DNA from: Chiloscyllium plagiosum | Lineage: Eukaryota | DNA length: 64,000 nucleotides | NCBI RefSeq assembly: GCF_004010195.1 | Contig: NC_057756.1 | Location: 2,916,776-2,980,775, forward strand | Reading direction: 5' to 3' | Shown here: in pieces, positions 1 to 12,009 of the stretch | Numbering within the stretch: the first letter of the stretch is position 1 | Layout of the letters: each line of letters opens with the position of its first letter | The notes under the pieces: generated by a model | Databases searched by the model: none | The model's input: only the letters and a program-made list of their open reading frames with translations | What the model was told of the DNA's origin: nothing | Translations under genes and position numbers: made by a program

Positions 1-1430
1 TTCAGCCTCTCCTGTTCAGCAAATCCTCCAAGTCTGGCAACATCTTTGTAAATCTTTTCTGAACCCTTTCAAGTTTCACAATATCTTTCCGATTGGAAGG
101 AGACCAGAATTGCACGCAATATTCCAACAGTTACATAAACAATGTCCTGTACAGCCGCAACATGACGTCTCATCTCCTGTACTCAATACCCTGACCAATA
201 AAAGAAAACATACCAAACGCCTTCTTCACTATCCTTTCGACCTGCGACTCCCCTTTCACGGAGCTATGAACCTACACTCCAAGGTCTCCTTATTCAGCAA
301 TACTCCATATGACCTAAGTGTATAAGTCATACTAAGATTAACTTTCCCAAAATGCAGCACCTCGCAGTTCTCTTAACTAAACTTCATCTGCCAGTTCTCA
401 GTCCATTGGCCCATCTTGTCAAGATCCTGTTGCAATCTGAGTAACCCTCTTCGCTGTCCACTACATCTCCAATGTCTCTGTCATCTGCAAACTTACTAGC
501 TGTAACTCTTACGATCGCATCCAAATCATTTAATTAAATGACAAAAAGTAGAGGGCGCAGCACTGATCCTTTTGTTACTCCACTGGTCAAAGGCCTCCAG
601 TTTGAAAGAAAGAACCCTCCAACGACTACCCTCGGTTTTCTACCTTTCAGCCAGTCCTGTATCCAAATGGCTAGTTCTGCATGTATTGCATGAGATCTAA
701 CCTTGCTAATAGTGTCCCATGGGGAACGTCGTCGAATGCCTTACTGAAGTCCACGTAGATCACGTGTACCGCACAGCTTTCATCAATCCTCTTTGTTACT
801 TCTTCAAAAATCTCAATCAAGTTTTTTACACATTATTTCCCATGCGCAAAGCCATGTTGACTATCTCTAATCAGTCCTTGCCTTTCCAAATACGTAAACA
901 TCCTGTCCCTCAGGATTCCCTCCAACAACTTGCCCACCAGTTAGTTCAGGCTCACTGGTCTATAGTTCCCTGGTTTGTCTTTATCGCCCTTCTTAAGCAG
1001 TGGCACCACGTTTCCCAACCTCCAGTCATCCGGCACCTTACCTGTGACTATCGGTTACACAAACATCTCAGCAAGAGACCCAGCAATCACTTATCTCCAA
1101 TCCCATAGAATTGTCGGGTACACCTTATCAGGTCCTATGGATTTATCCACCTTTACCCGTTTCAAGACATCCAACACTTCCTCATCTAAATTTGGACATT
1201 TTGCAAGATGTCACCATCTATTCCCCTATAGTCTATATTTTTCATATCCTTTTCCACAGTAAATACTGACGCAAAATACTCCTTTCGTATCTCCCCCATT
1301 TTCTGTGGCTCCACACAATGGCTGCTTTGGTGATCATTGAGTGGCCTATTTTTTTCCGAGTTACCCTTTTGTCCTTAATGCAGTTGTAAAAACCCATTAG
1401 ATTCTCCTTAATTCTATTTGCCAAAGCTAT
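1..1430 (-). mobile_element. CR1-type LINE fragment (ORF2 linker/RT region, degenerate)
   Basis: Minus-strand ORF 1242-1424 reads ANRIKENLMGFYNCIKDKRVTRKKIG, resembling the CR1 ORF2 'IKENPKAFYxYIKxKR' segment. The rest reads as the reverse complement of CR1 RT. Frameshifts and stops are present. Confidence 0.85.
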
Positions 1431-1502
1431 CTCAAATCTATCAAAGCTGACCTTAGCTGAGCTGCTGTTGTGGGGACAAGGTGGGGTGAGTGTATGGCGG
1501 GG

Positions 1503-1560
1503 NNNNNNNNNNNNGGGGGGGGGGGGGGGGGGGGGGGGGGGGGAGGGGGGGGGGGGGGGC
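1503..1560. other. Assembly gap (11 N) followed by a poly-G run
   Basis: N run followed by about 45 G, seen directly. Confidence 0.95.
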
Positions 1561-1589
1561 GGAGGTGGTGGTGCGCACAGGTGTAAACA

Positions 1590-1921
1590 AGAAGGATTTT
1601 AGTGCACAGGCAAGTATTGTGGGTAGCACATACCCCTTTGCTGGCCATTCTTATCTCAGAGGCACATGCCTTGGATCATTGAGCTCGAGGAGAGGTGTTG
1701 TGGAAGATAAAGAGCGATGGATTTGACCACCTTAATTTCAGTCCTCAGTAGTTTACATATTACCCCAATGTGTTATCTGTGCTCAAAATATTGTCAGGAA
1801 AAGGTTGGCGAGCCCTGTAAGTCACATACCTGTACCTGAAGGGCCAGTTAAGATTTTAGTGATTGATGGTATGAACATGATAAAGGCAATGACAAAGAGG
1901 AGATATGTTGGTGTTCATTGA
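1590..1921 (+). mobile_element. ERV pol remnant: integrase N-terminal HHCC zinc-binding domain
   Basis: Translates as LLAILISEAHALDH...QCVICAQN...SHIPVPEGPVKILVID, an H-x3-H...C-x2-C motif followed by a 'PxGPxxxLxID'-like motif. Contains in-frame stops. Confidence 0.75.
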
Positions 1922-3919
1922 GGCTAAACGCCAGCTCGCGGACACCTCCTCCTATTGCCCCCTTGACCATGATCCCATCTCCCACCACCAAACCATCATC
2001 TCCCAGACCATCCATAACCTCATCACCTCAGGGAATCTCCATCCACCGTCTCCAACCTCCTAGTCCCACAACCCCGCACCACCCGTTTCTACCTCCTGCC
2101 CAAAATCCACATACCTGACTGCCCCGGCCGACCCATGTCTCAGCCTGCTCCTGCCCCACTGAGCTCATCTCTGCATAACTCGACACGGTCCTGTTCCCCG
2201 TTAACCCAAGAACTCCCAACCTACGTTCGGAACACCACTCACGCCCTTCACCTCCTCCATGACTTTTGCTTCCCGCACGCGAACGCCTTATCTTCACCAT
2301 GGACATCCAGTTCCTATACACTTCCATCCCCATCATGAAGGCCTCAAAGCCCTCCGCTTCTTCCTTTCCCGCCGACCCAACCAGTACCCTTCCACTGACA
2401 CCCTCCTTCGACTGACTGAACTGGTCCTCACTCTGAACAACTTCTCTTTCCAATCCTCCCACTTCCTCCAAACGAAAGGAGTAGCCATGGGCACCCGCAT
2501 GGGCCCCAGCTATGCCTGCCTCTTCGGTGGAAAAGTGGAACAGTCCATCTTCCGCAGCTACCCTGACACCACCCCAACCTTTTCCTCCGCTAAATCGATG
2601 ACTGTATCGGTGATACTTCGTGCTCCCACGAGGAGGTTGAACAGTTCATCCACTTTACTAAAACCTTCCACCCCGACCTCAAATTTACCTGGACCATTTC
2701 AGACTCCGCCCTCCTTCCTAGACCTCTCCGTTTCTATCTCGGGCGACCGACTCAACACGGACATTTACTATAAACTGACGAACTGCCACAGCTACCGAGT
2801 TTACACTGCATCCCACCCTATCCCCGGTAAAACCGCCATCCCATATTCCAAATTCCTTCGCCTCCGCCGCATCTGCTCCCAGGAGGACCAATTCCAATAC
2901 CGAACAACCTAGATGGCCTCCTTCTTCAAAGACCGCAATATCCCCTCAGTCGTGGTCGACGATGCTCTCCACCGCACCTCCAACACTTCCCGCTCCTCCG
3001 CCCTTGAACCCCGCCTCTCCAATCGCCACCAGGACAGAACACCACTGATCCTCACCGACTACCCCAAAAACCTCCAGATACATCGCATCATCCTTCGTCA
3101 TTTCCGACACGTCCAAACAGACCCCACCACCAAGGATATGTTTCCCTCCCTCCCCTATCAGCGTTCCGGAAAGACCACTCCCTCCGTGACTCCCTCGTCA
3201 GGTCCACACACTCCACCACCCAACCTCCACTCCCAGCACCTTCCTCTGCAACTGCAAGAAATGCAAAACTTGTGCCCACACCTCCCCCTCACTTCCCTCC
3301 AAGGCCCCAAGGGCTCCTTCTATTTCCATCACAAATTCACCTGCACCTCCACACACATCATTTACTGCACCCGACGTGGCCTCCTCTACATTGGGGAGAC
3401 AGGCCGCCTACTTGCAGAACGTTTTTGAGAACACTTCTGGGACACCCGCACCAACCAACCCAACCGCCCCTTGGCTGAACACTTTTAACTCCCCCTCCCA
3501 CTCCGCCAAGGACATGCAGGTCCTTGGTCTCCCCCATCGCCAGACCATGGAGGAAGAGCGCCTCATCTTCCACCTAGGAATCCTGCAACCACAAGTGATG
3601 AATGCAGGTTTCTCCAGCTTTCTCATTTCCCCTCCCCTCACCTTACCTCAGTCCCAACCCTCGGACTCTTGATCTGCAATCTTCTTCCTGACCTCTCCGC
3701 CCCCACCCCCTCTCCGGGCTATCACCCTCACCTTAACCTCCTCCCACCTATCGCATTCCCAACGCCCGTCCCCCAAGTCGCTCCTCCTTATCTTTTGTCT
3801 TAGCCTGCCTGGCACACCTTCCTCATTCCTGAAGAAAGGCTTATGCCCGAAACATCGATTCTCCTGCTCCTTGGATGCTGCCTGACTTGCTGCGCTTTTC
3901 CAGCAATACATTTTTCAGC
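1922..3919 (+). mobile_element. Penelope-like retroelement (RT + GIY-YIG endonuclease), 5'-truncated and frameshifted
   Basis: RT motif LNNFSF...QTKGVAMGTRMGPSYACLF; TDIYYK; AIPYSKFLRLRRICS; GIY-YIG segment IIYCTRRGLLYIGETGRLLAERF. Flanked by a near-perfect 16-bp direct repeat (1906-1921 / 3920-3935). Confidence 0.92.
3829..3856 (+). ncRNA. Minimal hammerhead-ribozyme-like motif in the PLE 3' end
   Basis: CTGAAGA-aaggc-ttat-gccc-GAAAC matches the CUGANGA / short stem II / GAAA core described in PLE terminal repeats. Confidence 0.6.
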
Positions 3920-3935
3920 TGTTGGTGGTCCTTGA

Positions 3936-4620
3936 CAATTTTAGTGAATGGATAGAAGAGACCCGTCTAAGGATACTGCGCCAGGAGCAATGGTAAAGTG
4001 TTTAACAACGGAAGTTATTCCGAGGTTTGGAATACGTCTGGGATCAGTTTGGACAGTCGTTCTCCTTTTATCCGAATGAGAGTTAAGTTGGTTCTGCGGA
4101 CTTTGTGTATTAAGTGGTGGATTTGTTGTGTGTATGATCCCTTGTCGCAGGGTGTGGTGAAACGGAAAATTGAACTTTAAAAGCTTAGTTGAATATAATT
4201 TCTGTAAGTACCTATCGTACCTGAGTTGATTCGCTGCTACTGGCATTAATGGGCTACCGTATGCCGACTCACTGTATGACTAACATGACGCTGCATGGTA
4301 TGCTTACAGTGGACTCATGCCAGTGCTTGAATTGGGTTGTGGTCCATTTGACGGGCCTAACTTGGAATGATTGGAACTTGAACTTCAGTAGAGCATGCAA
4401 CAGCTAACTATGATACATGAGTCCATCCAAACACAGGAAATGCTGAGAGAGCCAGCGTCTGGTATCAGGAAGGAGACGACTGGATCTGGAAATCAGGTGT
4501 ATGTGCAGGTTTTCTGGAGCAAGTGGAATGAGCCGAGAGAACAGTCCCTTTGCGTTAAGCAGAGTATCACCTATTGCCTTTCAAGTGGAAGGTCGATCAG
4601 CATGATGTCCCCTTCGTTTC
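3936..4620 (+). mobile_element. ERV integrase core and C-terminus remnant
   Basis: LVVLDNFSEWIE...VKCLTTEVIPRFGI...ISLDSRSPF...YDPLSQGVVKR resembles the retroviral rve consensus (LVxVDxFSxWxEA...EIIPRFG.P..I.SD...YHPQSQGxVER). Confidence 0.85.
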
Positions 4621-5039
4621 TATGACAAGGTGCTCCTACAAGCACAGATGGACTTCGGGGTTGCGGTGTGTGAGGGATGAGAAGGGGCTGCGATGTTTGA
4701 AAACGCGTGTTGTGGCATGTGCCTTGATTGCATGAACTTGAGCAGTCAGAGAATGCGGCGTTTGGGGGTGCTGATGCCTCCGAGGGCCTCAGTGATGCGT
4801 TTGTGGAAAACTTTTCTCCTGATTGTGTGGCTGAGGACAGGTGGGGATGGGGTGCTCATTGAAGCTCCTTCTCCAGTCCTGAACCGTTTTTGATCCTGTG
4901 CTGACTGGGGTCGATCGATTTGGCGGACATGGCAGATCTCGCTTGGTAGTGCCAATGCTCTGTCACAATCAAATCTGCACTGCCTCAAAAGAGAGTATGT
5001 TCCTGATTCGGCAATACATGTTTTTTATATAGGTTAGCC

Positions 5040-5560
5040 AGTGGGTATCACCACTGCGTTCATGAACATGAATGAAATTGCCACCGGTTGGGAATCGCTT
5101 ACCCCTGCCATTATTAACGAGAATGCTGAGTGGATGAATGATATCTAGCCAATCAGCGGGAATTTATTAATTACACTGATGATGCCTTTTCTGTGTTGGA
5201 TGAGCTATTGGACGGAGCAAGTCAGATGGTGTGGCGGACTAAGCAGGCCTTAGACTGGTTGTTGGTGAGAAATGGTGGGGTCTGTACACTGTGTGGGGAA
5301 CATTGCTGTACCTTTATTTCCATGAATACTTTCCCAGGGGGTTTTTCGACTCAGACGATGAATGAGCAGTGGAATTTGCTGAAGGAGCTTAAGGAGAATG
5401 CAGGGTCCAACCATCGTTTTTTTTTTTAAATCTTATTGGATGGAGTTTTGGGTAAATGGGGGATTTGGTTGCTAAGATTTGGATTGTTGCAGATGTTGTG
5501 TTGCTTGTTGTTGCCTTTGTCTTTAGCTGTTTTCTACCGCTCATTAAGTCTTTTTATTGT
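5040..5560 (+). mobile_element. ERV env transmembrane subunit remnant (gamma-type Env)
   Basis: TKQALDWLLVRNGGVCTLCGEHCCTFI gives an immunosuppressive-domain-like segment followed by CX6CC. A hydrophobic membrane anchor (IWIVADVVLLVVAFVFSCFLPLI) follows after a frameshift. Confidence 0.88.
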
Positions 5561-5922
5561 GTATTTCTGGGTAACAACTCGGTGTTGTTCCAGTGGACTC
5601 TAGCCCGGTCCTCTCTTCTGCTGCGCGTTCGCAGCTCTACTACTATGATGTGACGACTGGTGTGGTGGTGAAGACTTGTTCGAATGGGGATGCTTAACTT
5701 GCAAGTGTCGTTTGCACGTTTAAATTGTGAGGGTCTTTGCGTCTTCTTTTTTCCTCTTCTACTTATTGTGGGACCGGTTTATGGCCTCTGTCTGCAAGTG
5801 CGGAGGAAGAATCCTTTGGCATTTGCACACTCGTTATTGTCATTGTCTGTTTTGCGGCTGTGCTGATCAATTTGACCTTGAAGCATCCTGCCTACATCTA
5901 TTCTTTCTCAGTGTGAGGCCTG

Positions 5923-6376
5923 TTTAAAGGGGAGGGATATATGGAAGTTATTCTGGCAGGTGTGTAGTTAATTTAGTGTAGCAATGCATGCTTGGGAACA
6001 TGTTGCAGTGCTCCAGTAACAGAAAACGGTAGGGCATTATGATAGCCCAGTTAAATCAATGTTGGTGAGCTAATACTGGAAATGATGGTGGGGTAATGTG
6101 ATAGGTTAAATGTAGTGTAGGAAGCCAGTGTGGCAGGCGATGATTAGTTTAGAAAGTAAAAGCAAGCTGGCATGATTGGTTATGATAATTTTATCTGATA
6201 ACTGCGGGAAGAACAACTGTATAAACAGCAGAAGAACACAGAGAATTTTGGCAGTCAGCTAAAACATTGTGCTGGCTGCCACAGCTTTGATTTTGCAAGA
6301 TTAAGGTTTAATTTCATGAAGGATTTTCTGTATCGCCTGTTTTTATTTTAATCGAACATTGAGTGATTATTTGACA
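5923..6376 (+). mobile_element. ERV polypurine tract and 3' LTR
   Basis: PPT-like aaaggggaggga ending near 5937, TATA-like gtataaa near 6220, and an end at ...tttgaca just before CR1 sequence begins. Confidence 0.6.
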
Positions 6377-7950
6377 TCAGGGATAATGGAGGGAACGTCT
6401 GCCTGGAGTCAGAGGCGATCAGAGGAGGTAGGGGAGGTCCCTAATGAATACTTGCCTTCAGTATTCCCTCGTGAGAGAGACATTTTCGTTTTTGAGAACA
6501 GGGTGGGATAGGCTGCTAAGCTCGAACACGTTGATGGTCAGAGGAAGATTTGCTGGAAGTTTTCAAAAACATATAAATAGTTAAGTCCACTGAGCCAGAT
6601 GGGATACACATGAGATTATATCGCATGTCCGAGTAGACATTGCTGCGCCTTCGGCCATGATATTTGCAAAGTCACTGCCCAGTGGAGTAGTACCAGATCG
6701 GTGAAGGGTGGAAAATGTTGTTCCTTTGTTCAAGGAAGGGTCTATCCATTACGCTGGGAATTATAGACCACTTGGTCATAGAGCAGTGGTGAGAAAATTG
6801 TAGAAAAAGGTGTTCGAAAGACAGACTTTATGATTATTTGCAAAAAACATAGTTTGGTTAGAGGTAGAATGACTTTGTGTGGGGGCAGGTAATGTATCAC
6901 AAGTTTTATTGAATCCTTTGAGGATGTGAAAAAAACAAACTGATGAAGGTAGAATAATGGATGGTGTGTATCTGGATTTTACCAAGGCCTTTAATATGGG
7001 TTCCCATAGTACCGCCATTCAGGAAATAATCTGATGCAGGGAACATTGTCTCTTTGGATTCGGAAACGTCTGGCACATAGAAGACATATGGTTTGGCAGT
7101 AGATGGAATGTATTCAATTTGGAGGTCAGCGACCAGCAGTGTTCCGTAGCGATCTATTCTGGCACTGCTGCTCTTGGTTATTTTTATAAATGATTTCAAT
7201 GCAGAAGTGGAAGCGTCAGTTAGCAAGTGTGCCGATGATACAAAGGTTGGCATATTGTGAAGAGCCATTGTAGTTGGAAAAGGGACGTTGGCAATATGTA
7301 GATCTGTGCTAAAAAAAAAAGTGCCAATCGGATTTCAAACTGGAAAAGTGTGAAGTCATTCATTTTGAAAGGTCAAATTTCAATTCAGATTACGGGTTAA
7401 AGGGAGGTGTCTTGGCAGTGTCAATGAACAGAGGAATCTAGATCCCTCAAATGTGCCCCCCCCCACCCCAAGTTAAGGCGAATGGCCTGTTGGCTTTCCT
7501 TTCCAGGGGGGCTGAGTTTAAGAGCCACGAGGCTATGCTGCAGTTCTATCAAGCCCTGGTGAGAACACACTTGGAACATTATGTTCATTTCTGGTTGTCT
7601 CCTCACATGAACGATATAAGTGCATTACAGGGGATGCAGTGGATGTTTAGCAGAATGCTGCCTGGGTGGAATGCAAGCCTTATGAAGAAACGTTGAGTAA
7701 ACTAGGGATTTTCCCACTTGAAGCAAGTGGGATGAAATGTGATTTAATAATGGTTGACGAGATGATGAGAGGCATAGATAGAGTGGCTAGTCAGAGAGTT
7801 TTACCCACAGTGTAAATTTCTACCACGAGTAAGCATAATTTTATTGTGATTGGAGGAAGTTTTTGAGATAATTTCATGGGAGGATCTTTACATAGAGAGT
7901 GGTGGGTGGGTGAAATGGATTTCCAGTGGTGTTAAGTACAGTAATATACT
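6377..7950 (+). mobile_element. CR1-type LINE fragment (RT to 3' region, degenerate)
   Basis: EEVGEVPNEYL-like segment, KSTEPDGI, NVVPLFKEG, GNYRP, DGVYLDFTKAFN, SKCADDTKVG, and ALVRTHLEHYVHFWLS (CR1 '[15 protein letters not shown]'). Confidence 0.88.
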
Positions 7951-8197
7951 TGAGGAATACTTAAGCAATTCTTGCATCGGCAACCCTCTCACAGTCTTTG
8001 AAACCCCAGATTTGCTTCCCTGCATGGAGTACACATGGAGTCTTGTAATTGTGTTCTTTCCTCTTTGTGGCATACTAAAAATGTACACGATTGTTCCACA
8101 ACTTCAAACATTTAGAAATCATTGTTTTATTTTCTCTCCTTTACCAATGAGATGAGAATATATTTTGTACAGATGAAAACAACTGCTTTCTAACAAT

Positions 8198-10170
8198 AAA
8201 GTTAAAAATCACACAACGCCAAGTTATAGCTCAAAAGGTTTATATGGAAACACTTGCTATCGGAGCACTATCCTTCATCAGGTTGTTGTGGAGAATAAGA
8301 TTGTAAGGCACAGAATTTATAGCAAAAGTTTACAGTTTTAATGTAACTGAAATTGTATATTGAAGAAAGACCTGGATTGTTTGTTAAATCTCTCAAATTT
8401 TAGAATGACCATCTTGGTTTCAGTTCTTTCATATGCAAATCGCAAAACTTTTTTCAGCTTTGCATACACAAGTCAATTTTAACAATTGATGTCATGTCGG
8501 CCCAGATGATTTTTGAAAGTGTTAGCTCTCTGAGTGAGGCTGTCTGTGCCACAATATTCAGACAAATTCTTTTGTAATAAATGGATCTACAGAATCCTAC
8601 ATGGATTCATTCAGTAATTGAACAAAGTAAAATCTAATTCTGCAAATAAAAATTCACCCCATAAACTTATATGTGTATGTGTGCATGTGGGTCGTGCGTG
8701 GGGGGGGGGGGGGGGGGGGGGGGGTGGGTGTTGGGTGGAGCGCAGTAATGAGTGTCTGTTAGAGGGTGTGCGTATGTTTGTGAGTGTGAGTGTAAAGAAG
8801 TTTAAAGACTGTGAGAGGGTGTATGTGAGGATGCATGCGTGAGTGCATGAGAGAGGCTCTGCGTGAGTGTGCGTGTGTGTCCGTCTGCCTCTGTGTGATA
8901 TACTGCTATGGGGTGTCACTTATAATGTGACATGAACTCAAGGTTCCTGTTGAGGACAACCCTGTGGCACCAAACACGGCTCTCAGCCTCTGTTCGGACA
9001 CTTTTCGTTGTTGCCTGTCCTGAAGTCCACCTTGGAGGACAGTCATCCGAAGGTCAAGGTCGAATGCCTTGGACCGCTGAAGTGTTCTCCGACTGGGACG
9101 AAATGCTCCTGCTTATTGTTTATTCTGCACCGTCCATTAGTCCGTTGCCGTGGCCTCCGTTTGGTTTTGACAATGAACGATTCTTGAGGATATGCTTGCC
9201 TGCAGCGTATGAGATAGACAACGTTGGCTGAGAGGCATGAGTACCTGCCACGACAATGGTGGGAGGTGTCCCCATGTGTAATGCTGGTATCCGTGTTGAC
9301 ATTCCAACATGTCTTGCTGCGTCTACCGAGACAGGATTGTATTGTATTGTCCTGAAAGCTGGGCATTTCGCTCCAAGCAATGATCTGTTTGAGGTTTACT
9401 TGTTTTTTAAATGCGAGAAGTGGAGGTGTGAGGAAGGTCTTGAAGAGGTACTCATCCTCATTGAATTGTCTTGCAGGCTGTGAAAAACGTTGCGTAGTTT
9501 TTCGACTCCTGGGAAGTATGGGACAGCAAAGGGTACCCAGTTGGTTGCAGCTCGTATCTGTCTCCTGAGAAGGTCATTACGGTTCCTAGAAGTGGCACGT
9601 CAGAACTGGCAGTCAATGAATTAAGCAGCGTATCCAGTTCTTATGAGAGATTCCCTGAGTACTTCTAAGTGCCATCTCGCTGCTCATCATCTGAACCGAT
9701 ACTGCATATACCTAGGGATTTCCCATGGGAGATCGCAGTTTAATATGTTTCGGGTGGAAGCTGGAGAAGTGTAGCATCGTGAGGTTATCCATGGCTTTGC
9801 TGTAGAGTGAGGTGCTGAGGAGCCCATCCTTGATGGAGATGCATGAGCCCAAGAATGAAACAGATAGTCGAGAAAAGTCCATAGTGAGTTTGTTGATGAG
9901 ATGAAACTTTGTTTATATCAATGTGTAGGTGTTTTTTTCTGTCTGTGATTTCGCTCCATGGGTCCAGAGGAAGAAAATGTCATCAATGTACCTTGTGCGT
10001 AGTGTTGCTATAAATTCTGTATCTTTCAAACTTATTCTCCACAACCACCTGAGGAACGAGCAATGCTCCCGAAAGATAGTGCTTCGAGATAAACCTGTTG
10101 GACTATATACTGGCGTTCTGTGATTTTTAACTTTGTACCCCCCAGTCCAACACCGGCGTCTCCAAATCAT
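8198..10170 (-). mobile_element. Penelope-like element (second family) with an inverted terminal segment
   Basis: Minus strand carries RYIDDIFFLWTHG (RT) and SCLSANVVYLIRCRQAYPQ (GIY-YIG region). About 8198-8325 is the reverse complement of about 10005-10135. Each copy has a hammerhead-like motif (ctgagga...gaaa at 10049-10074 on +; ctgatga on - near 8280). Confidence 0.85.
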
Positions 10171-10269
10171 ACAACGATAAATCAGCTTTCCAATCCCAAC
10201 AGTTCTTCTATCCTGTCAATGTATGTGACTGAGGTCTTGCATGTGTTGATTTTGTTGCCTGTTGCATAA

Positions 10270-11830
10270 TAGAGTCATAGAGTTATCCAGCACAGAAACA
10301 AACAGTTCAGCACAACGTGCCTAGACCAAACAGACGTGCAAAATTACTCTACCCATATGCTAGCATTTGACCCATACCTATGCCACTCCTTCCTGTTCAG
10401 GTACCCAACTAGGTGCATGTTAAATTTTGTAATTGCACCTGCTTCCACCACTACAACGAGCAGCTCGTTCATGACATGCACCACACTTTAAATCGAAACA
10501 TTTACCCGTGATGTCCCTTTTATATCATTTCCCTCTCACATTAGAACTGAAGTTTTGAAATTTCCTACTCTTGTAAAAAGACATCGGGTGTTCACTTCTC
10601 CATAGGCACAATGACTATAAACCTCTAAAAGACACTCTGCAGCCTCTGACCTCCTTGGAAAGTAGCTCCAGTCTATTCAGTCGTGCTCTATGGTGAAAGG
10701 GTGCAACTATGGCAACAGCCTTGTATTTTCTTTCTGCATATTTTGCTTCATCCGACCCATGGATTTGATGCAGTATTCCAAAATTGTCCGAAACAATGTC
10801 CTGGAAAGACACGGCATAACAGCATTACCCAATGTGCTGACAAATAAAGGCAAGCAAACTTCCATACCAAGGTCTCTTTGTTTGGCAACACTCTCAAAGA
10901 GCCCACTATTAATTTAAAAGTACAGCCTTGATATGCCTAACTAAAATGCAACACATCAGCATTACTTAAATCTAAGTCCAACTGTCAGTCCTCTGTCCAT
11001 AAACCCACCAGATCAGGGCACTATTGTAAATATAATAACACCTTCTTCACTGTCCTCTAGAACAAACATTTTGGTATTATCTGCAAAAGTGCTACCATTC
11101 CTCCTACGTTCACATCCAAATCATCAATGTAAATTGTTAAAAAAAGAAAAGGATTCAGCAGAGATGCTTCTGCTTCACCACTTGTCACAGTCCCGTTGTT
11201 TGAAAAAATCAACAACTCAAAACTATCGTACTCTTTGCCTATATTTAAGCCAACGTGTATCCAAATGGCGAGGTCTGCCTGGATTCCAAGTGATCTTAAC
11301 TTGCTAACCAATCAACCTGATCGACTGCCTCAGCGAAATCCTTATAGAAAACATGGACCATTCTGCTTTCATCAATCAAAAAAAACCGAAGTTGAGTCAC
11401 TGATACGTGAATTCCCTGGCTAATTTCAATGCTGACCATCCCAAAGCAGACCTTGTCTTTCCAAATAAATGTGTATCATTTTCACGATGTATGGCTCAAT
11501 GATCTATTCTTCATTGGCGTTTCCTTGACAGCTTCCATAAATAAAGGCACCATATTAAGCACCCAACAATCTTCGAAAACCTCTCCCATAGCTTTTGATG
11601 TAAACAAATCTCAGAAAAGTGGCCAGCAATCATTTGGTTAGCTTCACATAAAGGCCTGGAATACACGTGATCAGCTTCCAGTGTTAATCCATCTTTATGT
11701 TATTTGAAATTCAGTACCACTTCCTTTATAAAATGAGCACAATGGAAGCTATCACTGTGCATTTCTCCTGGATCTCTCACATTCATATCTTTCTCCATTG
11801 TAAACACTGACACAATATGTTCTTTCAGTA
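10270..11830 (-). mobile_element. Old CR1-type LINE remnant
   Basis: Tail-like tagagtcatagag at 10270. Minus-strand LFLTIYIDDLDVNVGGM (RT 'YINDLD') and LVSKLRSLGIQ-like segments. Confidence 0.75.
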
Positions 11831-12009
11831 TCACACCCATATCCAAAACTTGCACACATGTGCTGTCTTGTTCTCAGTTGACTACATCTAACTTATGACT
11901 CTTTTATTTTCTTGACCACCCAATCAATTTCTATTGTTATTCAACATTCCTCGTACCTCCAACTTTTAAGATTCACACTAAGAGAATTTTGTGGGCATGC
12001 CAGTGATAC

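Noticed and set aside
1427..1726. Poly-Pro / poly-Gly ORFs
   Set aside because: They span an N gap and a poly-G run, so they are likely assembly or low-complexity artefacts.
2259..3428. Longest + strand ORFs (217 and 171 aa) as host genes or an intact element
   Set aside because: They are frameshifted, stop-interrupted pieces of PLE RT and endonuclease.
1..7950. Opposite-strand CR1 fragments flanking the ERV as one inverted structure
   Set aside because: Both begin at a similar ORF2 position but differ substantially in sequence, and no shared TSD is visible; independent copies are the simpler explanation.
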